Assembly (NCBI GenBank): GCA_964187785.1
Contig: OZ076409.1
Span: forward strand, 95,854,001 to 95,918,000
DNA from: Amphiscolops sp. MND2022
Taxonomy: Eukaryota
Direction of reading: 5' to 3'
Length of the DNA stretch: 64,000 nt
A program made the position numbers and the translations under genes. The notes under the pieces are model-generated. The model was not told where the DNA came from, ran no database searches, and was given only the letters and a program-made list of their open reading frames with translations. This document shows positions 22,901-37,900 of the stretch, piece after piece. Position 1 is the first letter of the stretch, and each line of letters starts with the position of its first letter.

Positions 22901-25900
22901 GGCGAAAGTTGAGTTCCTCCAGATTGGTTCGTTACGTCGGGCTTGAGCGCAACGATGCCTGAGACAGTGATGTCCACTTTAACTAGTGGTTCTATCATCT
23001 GTTTCCTTAACCAGTTGAACGGTTGGTGAACTTTGCGAATCCTTGCCATACAGATCTTCGAATTTCCTTCCAAACTGAGTGATTAGACATTCAGCTTCCT
23101 TCATATTGGCTTCCCTAACGTGTTCCATTGATAACAGCCTCTTGGCGACAGAAAACTGATTGAAGGACTGATGCTACGGTTCTTCCACAAAAAGCAGTAA
23201 CTACCGAAATGAAACAAAAATATCTTGAAATCTCCGGCCTCCCAATGCATCATTTCTGAACTGCCTTATGACGGCCATGAGCACTCCTCGGTGTTTTAAT
23301 ACCTTTTAATCGTTTTTCAATTATTCAATTAGTCCTACATTACGCTTGGGAGTTGACGTGACGAGAGCAGTGATGAACAATTTGGCACAGCCAAGAAACA
23401 CTAGGTGCATTGCATCGATGAGATTATCATCAGTAATCCCAAAAAGTTTGTCTAAGAAACAACGACCTTTGATTCCGTTCTTAACTTCATTCTTGACTTG
23501 AGCTGAAATTGCATCTTCCAAAAAATCATCGTAATTTGCAATTTATGAAACATATTTTAAAACATCCATTTACTTTCACCCGAAAAATTCAACGAATCTC
23601 TAAAAACCACCTTTCAATTTGAATCAATTCTCATTCTGACAAAGTCTAATTCCTTCAATTCTGATGTTTTTGCAAAATAATCGTTAAGAATGAAACTGAA
23701 TTGAAATGAATCACAATATACAAAGCCTCTTTATCAATGAATTAGCAAAAATCAGGCACAATCAAAACGATTGAATTCCCAAAGTCAACGGTTTTCTCCA
23801 TCAAAAATGGCACTAGCGGAAGATGTCAATTCGTATGATTCACCCAACACGCTATCACGCATTAGCCACCCTCAAAACAGTTTTCTCATAGACCCAGTTA
23901 GAACGACTACCCTATTTGCTAGCAATTCGTCGATAGGCACCAAAGAGTATTCGTCCTCAAGGTCTGAAACTTCCTAGAAAAATTCCGAAGATTCTTCATT
24001 GGTTTCTTTGAACGGTTTTCTCCTACACTTGCAGTTTCCCCCTCATTGACGTCGAGGTGATAAACAACCAAAACTGCAAAGTAATCGGACATGGTTTGTG
24101 TAAGGCATTCGCTCCAGTTCTCGGATGATCTAGTGTACGCTAGAGAAGCGATTGTTTTAGAAGTTCGAGTAAAAAATGTCGACTACGAAGATGTCACGGA
24201 CCACATTTGATGAAAGAAAACTTACAACATTCCTCTGAAGCAGCTATGAAGCGGTCGTCAAATTGTCTCACACTACCTTCTCGAGCAGTGTTGTTTTCAA
24301 GTCTCAAGAGGAAGTTATCTACGAGATGAGACAAACTTTTCACGGTCCTACATTGAACGGAGCTGAGCAGAAATTGATTTGCGGACTCGGAGGCGAAAGT
24401 TGAGTTCCTCCAGATTGATTCTTTAGGTCGTGCTTGCGCGCAACGATGCCTGAGACAGTGATGTCCAATATAACTAGTGGTTCTATCATATGTTTACCTA
24501 ACCAGTCGAACGGTTTGGTAAACTTTGCGAATCCTTGCCATACAGATCTTCGAATTTCCCTCCAAACTGAGTGATTAGACTTTCAGCTTCCTTCATATTG
24601 GCTTCCCTAACGTGTTCCATTGATAACAGCCTCATGGCGACAGAAACTGTTTGAAGGACTGATGCTACGGTTCTTCCACAAAAAGCAGTAACTACCGAAA
24701 TGAAACAAAATTATCTTGAAATATCTGGTCTCACATTGCATCATTGCCTGAACTGCCTCATGACGGCCATGAGCACTCCTCGGTGTTTTAATACCTTTTA
24801 ATCGTTTTTCAATTATTCAATTAGTGCTACATTACGCTTGGGAGTCGACGTGACGAGAGCAATGATGAACAATTTGGCACAGCCAAGAAACACTAGGTGC
24901 ATTGCATCGATGAGAATATCATCAGGAATCCTAATAATATTGTCTAAGAAACAACTACCTTTGATTCCGTTCACAACTTCATTCTTGACTTGAGCTGAAA
25001 TTGCATCTTTCAAAAAATCATCGTAACCTGCAACCTATAAAACATATTTTTTAAAATCTATGTACTTTAACCCGAAAAATTCAACAATTCTCTGAAAACC
25101 ACCTTTCAATTTGGACTCAATTCTCATTCTGACGAAGTATAATTCCTTCAATTCTGATGTTCTTGCAAAATAATCATTAAGAATGAGACTGAATTGAAAT
25201 GAATCACAATATACAAAGCCTCTTTATCAATGAATTAGCAAAAATCAGGCACAATGAAAAAAATGAATTCCGAAAGTCAACGGTTTTCTCCATCAAAAAT
25301 GGCACTAGCGGAAGATGTCAATTCGTATGATTCACCCAACACGCTATCACGCATTAGCCACCCTCAAAACAGATTTCTCATAGACCCAGTTAGAACGACT
25401 ACCCTAGTTGCTAGCAATTCGTCGATAGGCACCAATGAGTATTCGTCCTCAAGGTCTAAATCTTCCTAGAAAAAATTCCGAAGAGTCTTCATGGTTTCTT
25501 TGAACGGTTTTTTCCTACAACTGCAGTTGCCCCCTCATTGACGTCGAGGTGATAAACAACTAAAACTGCAAAGTCATCGGACATGGTTTGTGTAAGGCAT
25601 TCGCTCCAGTTCTCGGATGATCTAGTGTACACTAGAGAAGTGATGGTTTTAGAAGTTCGAGTAAAAAATGTCGACTACGAAGATGTCACGGACCACATTT
25701 GATGAAAGAAAACTTACAACATTCCTCTGAAGCAGCTATGAAGCGGTCGTCAAATTGTCTCGCAGTACCTTCGCGAGCAGTGTCGTTTTCAAGAGGAAGT
25801 TATCTACGAGATGAGACACTTTTTACGGTCCTACCTCGAACGGAGCTGAGCAGAAATTGATTTGCGGTCTCGGAGGCGAAAGTTGAGTTCCTCCAGATTG

Positions 25901-28900
25901 GTTCGTTACGTCGGGCTTGAGCGCAACGATGCCTGAGACAGTGATGTCCACTTTAACTGGTGGTTCTATCATCTGTTTCCTTAACCAGTTGAACGGTTGG
26001 TGAACTTTGCGAATCCTTGCCATACAGATCTTCGAATTTCCTTCCAAACTGAGTGATTAGACATTCAGCTTCCTTCATATTGGCTTCCCTAACGTGTTCC
26101 ATTGATAACAGCCTCTTGGCGACAGAAAACTGATTGAAGGACTGATGCTACGGTTCTTCCACAAAAAGCAGTAACTACCGAAATGAAACAAAAATATCTT
26201 GAAATCTCCGGCCTCCCAATGCATCATTTCAGAACTGCCTTATGACGGCCATGAGCACTCCTCGGTGTTTTAATACCTTTTAATCGTTTTTCAATTATTC
26301 AATTAGTCCTACATTACGCTTGGGAGTTGACGTGACGAGAGCAGTGATGAACAATTTGGCACAGCCAAGAAACACTAGGTGCATTGCATCGATGAGATTA
26401 TCATCAGTAATCCGAATAAGTTTGTCTAAGAAACAACGACCTTTGATTCCGTTCTTAACTTCATTCTTGACTTGAGCTGAAATTGCATCTTCCAAAAAAT
26501 CATCGTAATTTGCAATTTATGAAACATATTTTAAAACATCCATTTACTTTCACCCGAAAAATTCAACGAATCTCTAAAAACCACCTTTCAATTTGAATCA
26601 ATTCTCATTCTGACAAAGTCTAATTCCTTCAATTCTGATGTTTTTGCAAAATAATCGTTAAGAATGAAACTGAATTGAAATGAATCACAATATACAAAGC
26701 CTCTTTATCAATGAATTAGCAAAAATCAGGCACAATCAAAACGATTGAATTCCCAAAGTCAACGGTTTTCTCCATCAAAAATGGCACTAGCGGAAGATGT
26801 CAATTCGTATGATTCACCCAACACGCTATCACGCATTAGCCACCCTCAAAACAGTTTTCTCATAGACCCAGTTAGAACGACTACCCTATTTGCTAGCAAT
26901 TCGTCGATAGGCACCAAAGAGTATTCGTCCTCAAGGTCTGAAACTTCCTAGAAAAATTCCGAAGATTCTTCATTGGTTTCTTTGAACGGTTTTCTCCTAC
27001 ACTTGCAGTTTCCCCCTCATTGACGTCGAGGTGATAAACAACCAAAACTGCAAAGTAATCGGACATGGTTTGTGTAAGGCATTCGCTCCAGTTCTCGGAT
27101 GATCTAGTGTACGCTAGAGAAGCGATGGTTTTAGAAGTTCGAGTAAAAAATGTCGACTACGAAGATGTCACGGACCACATTTGATGAAAGAAAACTTACA
27201 ACATTCCTCTGAAGCAGCTATGAAGCGGTCGTCAAATTGTCTCACACTACCTTCTCGAGCAGTGTTGTTTTCAAGTCTCAAGAGGAAGTTATCTACGAGA
27301 TGAGACAAACTTTTCACGGTCCTACATTGAACGGAGCTGAGCAGAAATTGATTTGCGGACTCGGAGGCGAAAGTTGAGTTCCTCCAGATTGGTTCTTTAG
27401 GTCGTGCTTGCGCGCAACGATGCCTGAGACAGTGATGTCCAATATAACTAGTGGTTCTATCATATGTTTACCTAACCAGTCGAACGGTTTGGTAAACTTT
27501 GCGAATCCTTGCCATACAGATCTTCGAATTTCCTTCCAAACTGAGTGATTAGACTTTCAGCTTCCTTCATATTGGCTTCCCTAACGTGTTCCATTGATAA
27601 CAGCCTCATGGCGACAGAAACTGTTTGAAGGACTGATGCTACGGTTCTTCCACAAAAAGCAGTAACTACCGAAATGAAACAAAATTATCTTGAAATATCT
27701 GGTCTCACATTGCATCATTGCCTGAACTGCCTCATGACGGCCATGAGCACTCCTCGGTGTTTTAATACCTTTTAATCGTTTTTCAATTATTCAATTAGTG
27801 CTACATTACGCTTGGGAGTCGACGTGACGTGAGCAATGATGAACAATTTGGCACAGCCAAGAAACACTAGGTGCATTGCATCGATGAGAATATCATCAGG
27901 AATCCTAATAATATTGTCTAAGAAACAACTACCTTTGATTCCGTTCACAACTTCATTCTTGACTTGAGCTGAAATTGCATCTTTCAAAAAATCATCGTAA
28001 CCTGCAACCTATAAAACATATTTTTTAAAATCTATGTACTTTAACCCGAAAAATTCAACAATTCTCTGAAAACCACCTTTCAATTTGGACTCAATTCTCA
28101 TTCTGACGAAGTATAATTCCTTCAATTCTGATGTTCTTGCAAAATAATCATTAAGAATGAGACTGAATTGAAATGAATCACAATATACAAAGCCTCTTTA
28201 TCAATGAATTAGCAAAAATCAGGCACAATGAAAAAAAAATGAATTCCGAAAGTCAACGGTTTTCTCCATCAAAAATGGCACTAGCGGAAGATGTCAATTC
28301 GTATGATTCACCCAACACGCTATCACGCATTAGCCACCCTCAAAACAGATTTCTCATAGACCCAGTTAGAACGACTACCCTAGTTGCTAGCAATTCGTCG
28401 ATAGGCACCAATGAGTATTCGTCCTCAAGGTCTAAATCTTCCTAGAAAAAATTCCGAAGAGTCTTCATGATTTCTTTGAACGGTTTTTTCCTACAACTGC
28501 AGTTGCCCCCTCATTGACGTCGAGGTGATAAACAACTAAAACTGCAAAGTCATCGGACATGGTTTGTGTAAGGCATTCGCTCCAGTTCTCGGATGATCTA
28601 GTGTACACTAGAGAAGTGATGGTTTTAGAAGTTCGAGTAAAAAATGTCGACTACGAAGATGTCACGGACCACATTTGATGAAAGAAAACTTACAACATTC
28701 CTCTGAAGCAGCTATGAAGCGGTCGTCAAATTGTCTCGCAGTACCTTCGCGAGCAGTGTCGTTTTCAAGTCTCAAGAGGAAGTTATCTACGAGATGAGAC
28801 AAACTTTTTACGGTCCTACATTGAACGGAGCTGAGCAGAAATTGATTTGTGGACTCGGAGGCGAAAGTTGAGTTCCTCCAGATTGGTTCTTTACGTCGGT

Positions 28901-31900
28901 CTTGCGCGGAACGATGCCTGAGACAGTGATGTCCATTTTAACTAGTGGTTCTATCATATGTTTACTTAACCAGTCGAACGGTTTGGTAAACTTTGCGAAT
29001 CCTTGCCATACAGATCTTCGAATTTCCTTCCAAACTGAGTGATTAGACATTCAGCTTCCTTCATATTGGCTCCCTAACGTGTTCCATCGATAACAGCCTC
29101 ATGGCGACAGAAAACTGATTGAAGGACTGATGCTACGGTTTTTCCACAAAAAGCAGTAACTACCGAAATGGAACGATATTATCTTGAAATATCTGGCCTC
29201 ACAATGCATCATTGCCTGAACTGCCTCATGACGGCCTTGAGCAATCCTCAGTGTTTTGCTTCCAATACCTTTTAATCGTTTTTCAATTATTCAATTAGTG
29301 TTACATTACGCTTGTGAGTCGACGTGGCGAGAGAAGTCATGAACAATTTGCCACAGCCAAGAAACACTAGGTGCATTGCATCGATGAGAGTATCATCAGG
29401 AATCCGAATGAGTTTGTTTAAGAAACAACGACCTTTGATTCCGTTCACAACTTCATTCTTGACTTGGGCTGAAATTGCATCTTTCAAAAAGTCATCGTAA
29501 CCTGCAACCTATTAAACTTTTTTTGAATATCCATCTACTTTCACCCGAAAACTTCAACAAGTCTCTGAAAACCACCTTTCAATTTGAACTCAATTCTCAT
29601 TCTGACGAAGTCTAATTCCTTCAATCCTGGGGTTTTTGCAAAATAATCTTTAAGAATGAAACTGAATTGAAATGAATCACAATATACAAAGCCTCTTTAT
29701 CATTGAATTAGCAAAAATCAGGCACAATGAAAAAAAATGAATTCCGAAAGTCAACGGTTTTCTCCATCAAAAATGGCACTAGCGGAAGATGTCAATTCGT
29801 ATGATTCACCCAACACGCTATCACGCATTAGCCACCCTCAAAACAGGTTTCTCATAGACCCCCTGGACCGTGTTAGAACGACTACCCTAGTTGCTAGCAA
29901 TTCGTCGATAGGCACCAATGAGTATTCGTCCTCAAGGTCTGAACCTTCCTCGAAAAAATTCCGAAGATTCTTCATTGGTTTCTTTGAACGGTTTTTCCCT
30001 ACAACTGCAATTGCCCCCTCATTGACGTCGAGGTGATAAACAACCAAAACTGCAAAGTCTTCGGACTTGGTTTGTGTAAGGCATTCGCTCCAGTTCTCTG
30101 GATGATCTAGTGTACGTTAGAGAAGCGATGGTTCTAGAAGTTCGAGTAAAAAATGTCGACTACGAAGATGTCACGGACCACATTTGATGAAAGAAAACTT
30201 ACAACATTCCTCTGAAGCAGCTTTGAAGCGGTCGTCAAATTGTCTCACACTACCTTCGCGAGCAGTGTCGTTTTAAAGTCTCAAGAGGAAGTTATCTACG
30301 AGATGAGACAAACTTTTCACGGTCCTACATTGAACGGAGCTGAGCAGAAATTGATTTGCGGACTCGGAGGCGAAAGTTGAGTTCCTCCAGATTGGTTCTT
30401 TAGGTCGTGCTTGCGCGCAACGATGCCTGAGACAGTGATGTCCAATTTAACTAGTGGTTCTATCATATGTTTACCTAACCAGTCGAACGGTTTGGTAAAC
30501 TTTGCGAGTCCTTGCCATGCAGATCTTCGAATTTCCTTCCAAACTGAGTGATTAGACATTCAGCTTCCTTCATATTGGCTCCCTAACGTGTTCCATCGAT
30601 AACAGCCTCATGGCGACAGAAAACTGATTGAAGGACTGAGGCTACGGTTCTTCCACAAAAAGCAGTAACTACCAAAATGGAACAAAATTATCTTGAAATA
30701 TCTGGCCTCACAATGCATCATTGCCTGAACTGCCTCATGACGGCCATGAGCACTCCTCGGTGTTTTAATACCTTTTAATCGTTTTTCAATTATTCAATTA
30801 GTGCTACATTACGCTTGTGAGTCGACATGACGAGAGCAGTGATGAACAATTTGGCACAGCCAAGAAACACTAGGTGCATTGCATCGATGAGAATATCATC
30901 AGGAATCCGAATAAGTTTGTCTAAGAAACAACGACCTTTGATTCCGTTCACAACTTCATTCTTGACTTGAGCTGAAATTGCATCTTTCAAAAAATCATCG
31001 TAACCTGCAACCTAATAAACATATTTTTAAAAATCCATCTACTTTCACCCAAAAAATTCAACAAATCTCTGAAAAAAACCTTTCAATTTGAACTCAATTC
31101 TCATTCTGCCGAAGTCTAATTCCTTCAATCCTGAGGTTTTTGCAAAATAATCTTCAAGAATGAAACTGAATTGAAATGAATCACAATATACAAAGCCTCA
31201 TTATCATTGAATTAGCAAAAATTAGGCACAATGAAAAAAAAATGAATTCCGAAAGTCAACGGTTTTCTCCATCAAAAATGGCACTAGCGAAAGATGTCAA
31301 TTCGTATGATTCACCCAACACGCTATCACGCATTAGCCACCCTCAAAACAGATTTCTCATAGACCCAGTTAGAACGACTACCCTAATTGCTAGCAATTCG
31401 TCGATAGGCACCAATGAGTATTCGTCCTCAAGGTCTGAAACTTCCTAAAAAAGTTCCGAAGATTCTTCATTGGTTTCTTTGGACGGTTTTTTCCTACAAC
31501 TGCAGTTGCCCCCTCATTGACGTTGAGGTGATAAACAACCAAAACTGCAAAGTCATCGGACATGGTTTGTAGAAGGCATTCACTCCAGTTCTCGGATGAT
31601 CTAGTGTACGCTAGAGAAGCGATGGTTTCAGAAGTTCGAGTAAAAATTGTCGACTACGAAGATGTCACGGACCACATTTGATGAAAGAAAACTTACAACA
31701 TTCCTCTGAAGCAGCTATGAAGCGGTCGTCAAATTGTCTCACACTACCTTCGCGAGCAGTGTCGTTTTAAAGTCTCAAGAGGAAGTTATCTACGAGATGA
31801 GACAAACTTTTTACGGTCCTACATTGAAAGGAGTTGAGCAGAAATTGATTTGTGGACTCTGAGGCGAAAGTTGAGTTCCTCCAGATTGGTTCTTTACGTC

Positions 31901-34900
31901 GTGCTTGCCGCAACGATGCCTGAGACAGTGATGTCCAATTTAACTAGTGGTTCTATCATATGCTTACCTAACCAGTCGAACGGTTTGGTAAACTTTGCGA
32001 ATCCTTGCCATGCAGATCTTCGAATTTCCTTCCAAACTGAGTGATTAGTCATTCAGCTTCCTTCATATTGGCTCCCTAACGTGTGACATCGATAACAACC
32101 TCATGGCGACAGAAAACTGATTGAAGGACTGATGCTACGGTTCTTCCACAAAAAGCAGTAACTACCAAAATGGAACAAATTTGTCTTGAAATATCTGGCC
32201 TCACAATGCATCATTGCCTGAACTGCCTCATGACGGCCATGAGCACTCCTCGATGTTTTAATACCTTTTAATCGTTTTTCAATTATTCAATTAGTGCTAC
32301 ATTACGCTTGTGAGTTGACGTGACGAGAGCAGTGATGAACAATTTGGCACAGCCAAGAAACACTAGGTGCATTGCATCGATGAGAATATCATCAGGAATC
32401 CGAATAAGTTTGTCTAAGAAACAACGACCTTTGATTCCGTTCACAACTTCATTCTTGACTTGAGCTGAAATTGCATCTTTCAAAAAATCATCGTAACCTG
32501 CAACCTATAAAACATATTTTTAAAAATCCATCTACTTTCACCCGAAAAATTCAACAAATCTCTGAAAACCACCTTTCAATTTGAACTCAATTCTCATTCT
32601 GACGAAGTCTAATTCCTTCAATCCTGAGGTTTTTGCAAAATAATCTTCAAGAATGAAACTGAATTGAAATGAATCACAATATACAAAGCCTCATTATCAT
32701 TGAATTAGCAAAAATCAGGCACAATGAAAAAAATGGATTCCGAAAGTCAACGGTTTTCTCCATCAAAAATGGCACTAGCGGAAGATGTCAATTCGTATGA
32801 TTCACCCAACACGCTATCACGCGTTAGCCACCCTCAAAACAGATTTCTCATAGACCCAGTTAGAACGACTACCCTAGTTGCTAGCAATTCGTCGATAGGC
32901 ACCAATGAGTATTCGTCCTCAAGGTCTGAACCTTCCTCAAAAAAATTCCGAAGATTCTTCATTGGTTTTTTTGAACGGTTTTTTCCTACAACTGCAGTTG
33001 CCCCCTCATTGACGTCGAGGTGATAAACAACCAAAACTGCAAAGTCATCGGACATGGTTTGTAGAAGGCATTCGCTCCAGTTCTCGGATGATCTAGTGTA
33101 CGCTAGAGAAGCGATGGTTTCAGAAGTTCGAGTAAAAATTGTCGACTACGAGGATGTCACGGACCACATTTGATGAAAGAAAACTTACAACATTCCTCTG
33201 AAGCAGCAATGAAGCGGTCGTCAAATTGTCTCACACTACCTTCGCGAGCAGTGTCGTTTTCAAGTCTCAAGAGGAAGTTATCTACGAGATGAGACAAACT
33301 TTTTACGGTCCTACATTGAACGGAGCTGAGCAGAAATTGATTTGCGGACTCGGAGGCGAAAGTTGAGTTCCTCCAGATTGGTTCTTTACGTCGTGCTTGC
33401 GCGCAACGATGCCTGATACAGTGATGTCCAATTTAACTAGTGGTTCTATCGTCTGTTTACTTAACCAGCTGAACGGTTTGGTAAACTTTGCGGATCCTTG
33501 CCATACAGATCTTCGAATTTCCTTCCAAACTGAGTGATTAGACATTCAGCTTCCTTCATATTGGCTTCCTAACGTGTTCCATCGATAACAGTCTCATGGC
33601 GACAGAAAACTGATTGAAGGACTGATGCTACGGTTCTTCCACAAAAAGCAGTAACTATCGAAATGAAACAAAAATATCTTGAAATATCTGGCCTCCCAAT
33701 GCATCATTGCCTGAACTGCCTTATGACGGCCATCATTGCCTGAACTGCCTTATAACCTGCAACCTATAAAACATTTTTAAAAATCCATGTACTTTCACCC
33801 GAAAAATTCAACAAATCTCTCAAAACCACCTTTCAATTTGAACTCAGTTTTGATTCTGACGAATTCTACTTCCTTCAATTCTGATGTTTTTGCAAAATAA
33901 TCATTAAGAATGAAACTGAATTGAAATGAATCACAATATACAAAGCCTCTTTATCAACGAATTAGCGAAAATCAGGCTTAATGAAAAAAATTGAATTCCG
34001 AAAGTCAACGGTTTTCTCCATCAAAAATGGCACTAGCGAAAGATGTCAATTCGTATGATTCACCCAACACGCTATCACGCATTAGCCACCCTCAAAACAG
34101 GTTTCTCATAGACCCAGTTAGAACGACTACCCTAATTGCTAGCAATTCGTCGATAGGCACCAATGAGTATTCGTCCTCAAGGTCTGAAACTTCCTAAAAA
34201 AGTTCCGAAGATTCTTCATTGGTTTCTTTGGACGGTTTTTTCCTACAACTGCAGTTGCCCCCTCATTGACGTTGAGGTGATAAACAACCAAAACTGCAAA
34301 GTCATCGGACATGGTTTGTAGAAGGCATTCGCTCCAGTTCTCGGATGATCTAGTGTACGCTAGAGAAGCGATGGTTTCAGAAGTTCGAGAAAAAATTGTC
34401 GACTACGAAGATGTCACGGACCACATTTGATGAAAGAAAACTTACAACATTCCTCTGAAGCAGCAATGAAGCGGTCGTCAAATTGTCTCACACTACCTTC
34501 GCGAGCAGTGTCGTTTTCAAGTCTCAAGAGGAAGTTGTCTACGAGATGAGACAAACTTTTTACGGTCCTACATTGAACGGAGCTGAGCAGAAATTGATTT
34601 GCGGACTCGGAGGCGAAAGTTGAGTTCCTCCATATTGGTTCTTTACGTCGTGCTTGCGCGCAACGATGCCTGAGACAGTGATGTCCACTTTAACTAGTGG
34701 TTCTATCGTCTGTTTACTTAACCAGTTGAACGGTTTGGTAAACTTTGCGAATCCTTGCCATACAGATCTTCGAATTTCCTTCCAAACTGAGTGATTAGAC
34801 ATTCAGCTTCCTTCATATTGGCTTCCCTAACGTGTTCCATCGATAACAGCCTCATGACGATAGAAAACTGATTGAAGGACTGATGCTACGGTTCTTCCAC

Positions 34901-37900
34901 AAAAAGCAGTAACTACCGAAATGAAACAAAATTATCTTGAAGTATCCGGTCTCACAATGCATCATTGCCTGAACTGCCTCATGACGCCATGAGCACTCTT
35001 CGGTGTTTTAGTACCTTTTAATCGTTTTTCAATTATTCAATTAGTGCTACATTACGCTTGAGAGTCGACGTGACGAGAGCAGTGATGAACAATTTGGCAC
35101 AGCCAAGAAACACTAGGTGCATTGCACTTACAACATTCCTCTGAAGCAGCAATGAAGCGGTCGTCATATTGTCTCACACTACCTTCGCGAGCAGTGTCGT
35201 TCTCAAGTCTCAAGAGGAAGTTATCTACGAGATGAGACAAACTTTTTACGGTCCTACATTGAACGGAGCTGAGCAGAAATTGATTTGCGGACTCGGAGGC
35301 GAAAGTTGAGTTCCTCCAGATTGGTTCTTTACGTCGTGCTTGCGCGCAACGATGCCTGAGACAGTGATGTCCAATTTAACTAGTGGTTCTATCATATGTT
35401 TACCTAACCAGTCGAACGGTTTGGTAAACTTTGCGAATCCTTGCCATGCAGATCTTCGAATTTCCTTCCAAATTGAGTGATTAGACATTCAGCTTCCTTC
35501 ATATTGGCTCCCTAACGTGTTCCATCGATAACAGCCTCATGGCGACAGAAAACTGATTGTAGGACTGAGGCTACGGTTCTTCCACAAAAAGCAGTAACTA
35601 CCAAAATGGAACAAAATTATCTTGAAATATCTGGCCTCACAATGCATCATTGCCTGAACTGCCTCATGACGGCCATGAGCACTCCTCGGTGTTTTAATAC
35701 CTTTTAATCGTTTTTCAATTATTCAATTAGTGCTACATTACGCTTGTGAGTCGACATGACGAGAGCAGTGATGAACAATTTGGCACAGCCAAGAAACACT
35801 AGGTGCATTGCATCGATGAGAATATCATCAGGAATCCGAATAAGTTTGTCTAAGAAACAACGACCTTTGATTCCGTTCACAACTTCATTCTTGACTTGAG
35901 CTGAAATTGCATCTTTCAAAAAATCATCGTAACCTGCAACCTAATAAACATATTTTTAAAAATCCATCTACTTTCATCCAAAAAATTCAACAAATCTCTG
36001 AAAAAAAAACGTTCAATTTGAACTCAATTCTCATTCTGACGAAGTCTAATTCCTTCAATCCTGAGGTTTTTGCAAAATAATCTTCAAGAATGAAACTGAA
36101 TTGAAATGAATCACAATATACAAAGCCTCTTTATCATTGAATTAGCAAAAATCAGGCACAATGAAAAAAAAATGAAATCCGAAAGTCAACGGTTTTCTCC
36201 ATCAAAAATGGCACTTAAAAAACTCAAACCACACTCAAAAATGGTAGTTAGAACGACTACCCTAGTTGCCGGTCATTCGTCGATAGGCACAAATGAGTAT
36301 TCGTCCTCAAGGTCTGAAACTTCCTAAAAAAGTTCCGAGGATTCTTCATTGGTTTCTTTGGACGGTTTTTTCCTACAACTGCAGTTGCCCCCTCATTGAC
36401 GTTGAGGTGATAAACAACCAAAACTGCAAAGTCATCGGACATGGTTTGTAGAAGGCATTCGCTCCAGTTCTCGGATGATCTAGTGTACGCTAGAGAAGCG
36501 ATGGTTTCAGAAGTTCGAGTAAAAATTGTCGACTACGAAGATGTCACGGACCACATTTGATGAAAGAAAACTTACAACATTCCTCTGAAGCAGCAATGAA
36601 GCGGTCGTCAAATTGTCTTACACTACCTTCGCGAGCAGTGTCGTTTTCAAGTCTCAAGAGGAAGTTATCTACGAGATGAGACAAACTTTTTACGGTCCTA
36701 CATTGAACGGAGCTGAGCAGAAATTGATTTGCGGACTCGGAGGCGAAAGTTGAGTTCCTCCAGATTGGTTCTTTACGTCGGGCTTGAGCGCAACGATGCC
36801 TGAGACAGTGATGTCCAATTTAACTAGTGGTTTTATCATCTGTTTACTTAACCAGTTGAACGGTTTGGTAAACTTGGCGAATCCTTGACATACAGATCTT
36901 CGAATTTCCTTCCAAACTGAGTGATTAGACATTCAGCTTCCTTCATATTGGCTTCCCTAACGTGTTCCATTGATAACAGCCTCATGGCGACAGAAAACTG
37001 ATTGAAGGACTGATGCTACGGTTCTTCCACAAAAAGCAGTAACTATAGAAATGAAACAAAAATATCTGGCCTCCCAATGCATCATTGCCTGAACTGCCTT
37101 ATGACGGCCATGAGCACTCCTCGTTGTTTTAATACCTTTTAATCGTTTTTCAATTATTCAATTAGTGCTACATTACGCTTGTGAGTCGACGTGACGAGAG
37201 CAGTGATGAACAATTTGGCACAGCCAAGAATCACTAGGTGCATTGCATCGATGAGAATATCATCAGGAATCCGAATAAATTTGTCTAAGAAACAACGACC
37301 TTTGATTCCGTTCACATTTTCACTCTTGACTTGTGCTGAAATTGCATCTATCAAAAAATCATCGTGGGTTCTCTCGATGATTTCTTCTTCGCACGGATTC
37401 ACGTGGCGATGATTCTCATGCACGCCACGAGTGTTGCAGTGAACTCGTTTTCCACTCACTTTCACCAACGTACCATCAAAATTTATGAACTCAGTATGCG
37501 CTGAGTGTTTGAACTGAATTTTTTGTGTTGCTTTTGAGATTCCTAGACAATTACTACTAGAAGAGAGGAGACGAAAGTATTAGAGCCATATCATGGAAAT
37601 ATGGGTGAGTTTTTGAACTCTAAGATACAACCCGAACATAATTCGTTCTTCTGATTTTTTAACTAGGTACTCGGAATCGCTAACAAAATATGACTGAAAA
37701 AAGTGATGTTCTCAGATTTCGTTGTTATTCCTGTCGCAGAGCTAATAAAAATTGAACTACAATTGGGAAACATCCATGATTGATTGGGTGTTGTTCATTC
37801 ATTCTGCTGAGGACAAGACTTTTTTCAGTCTGGGAATTGACTCTCAGGCACACACTTGCACCCATGCAACATCTTCATGCACAGAATTCAACAACAGTAT

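Noticed and set aside
23771..36327. Repeated + strand ORFs (MNSESQRFSPSKMALAEDV...) as a tandem peptide gene family
   Set aside because: They cross the chimeric unit junction antisense to transposase remnants, with variable starts and stops. They are by-products of the array.
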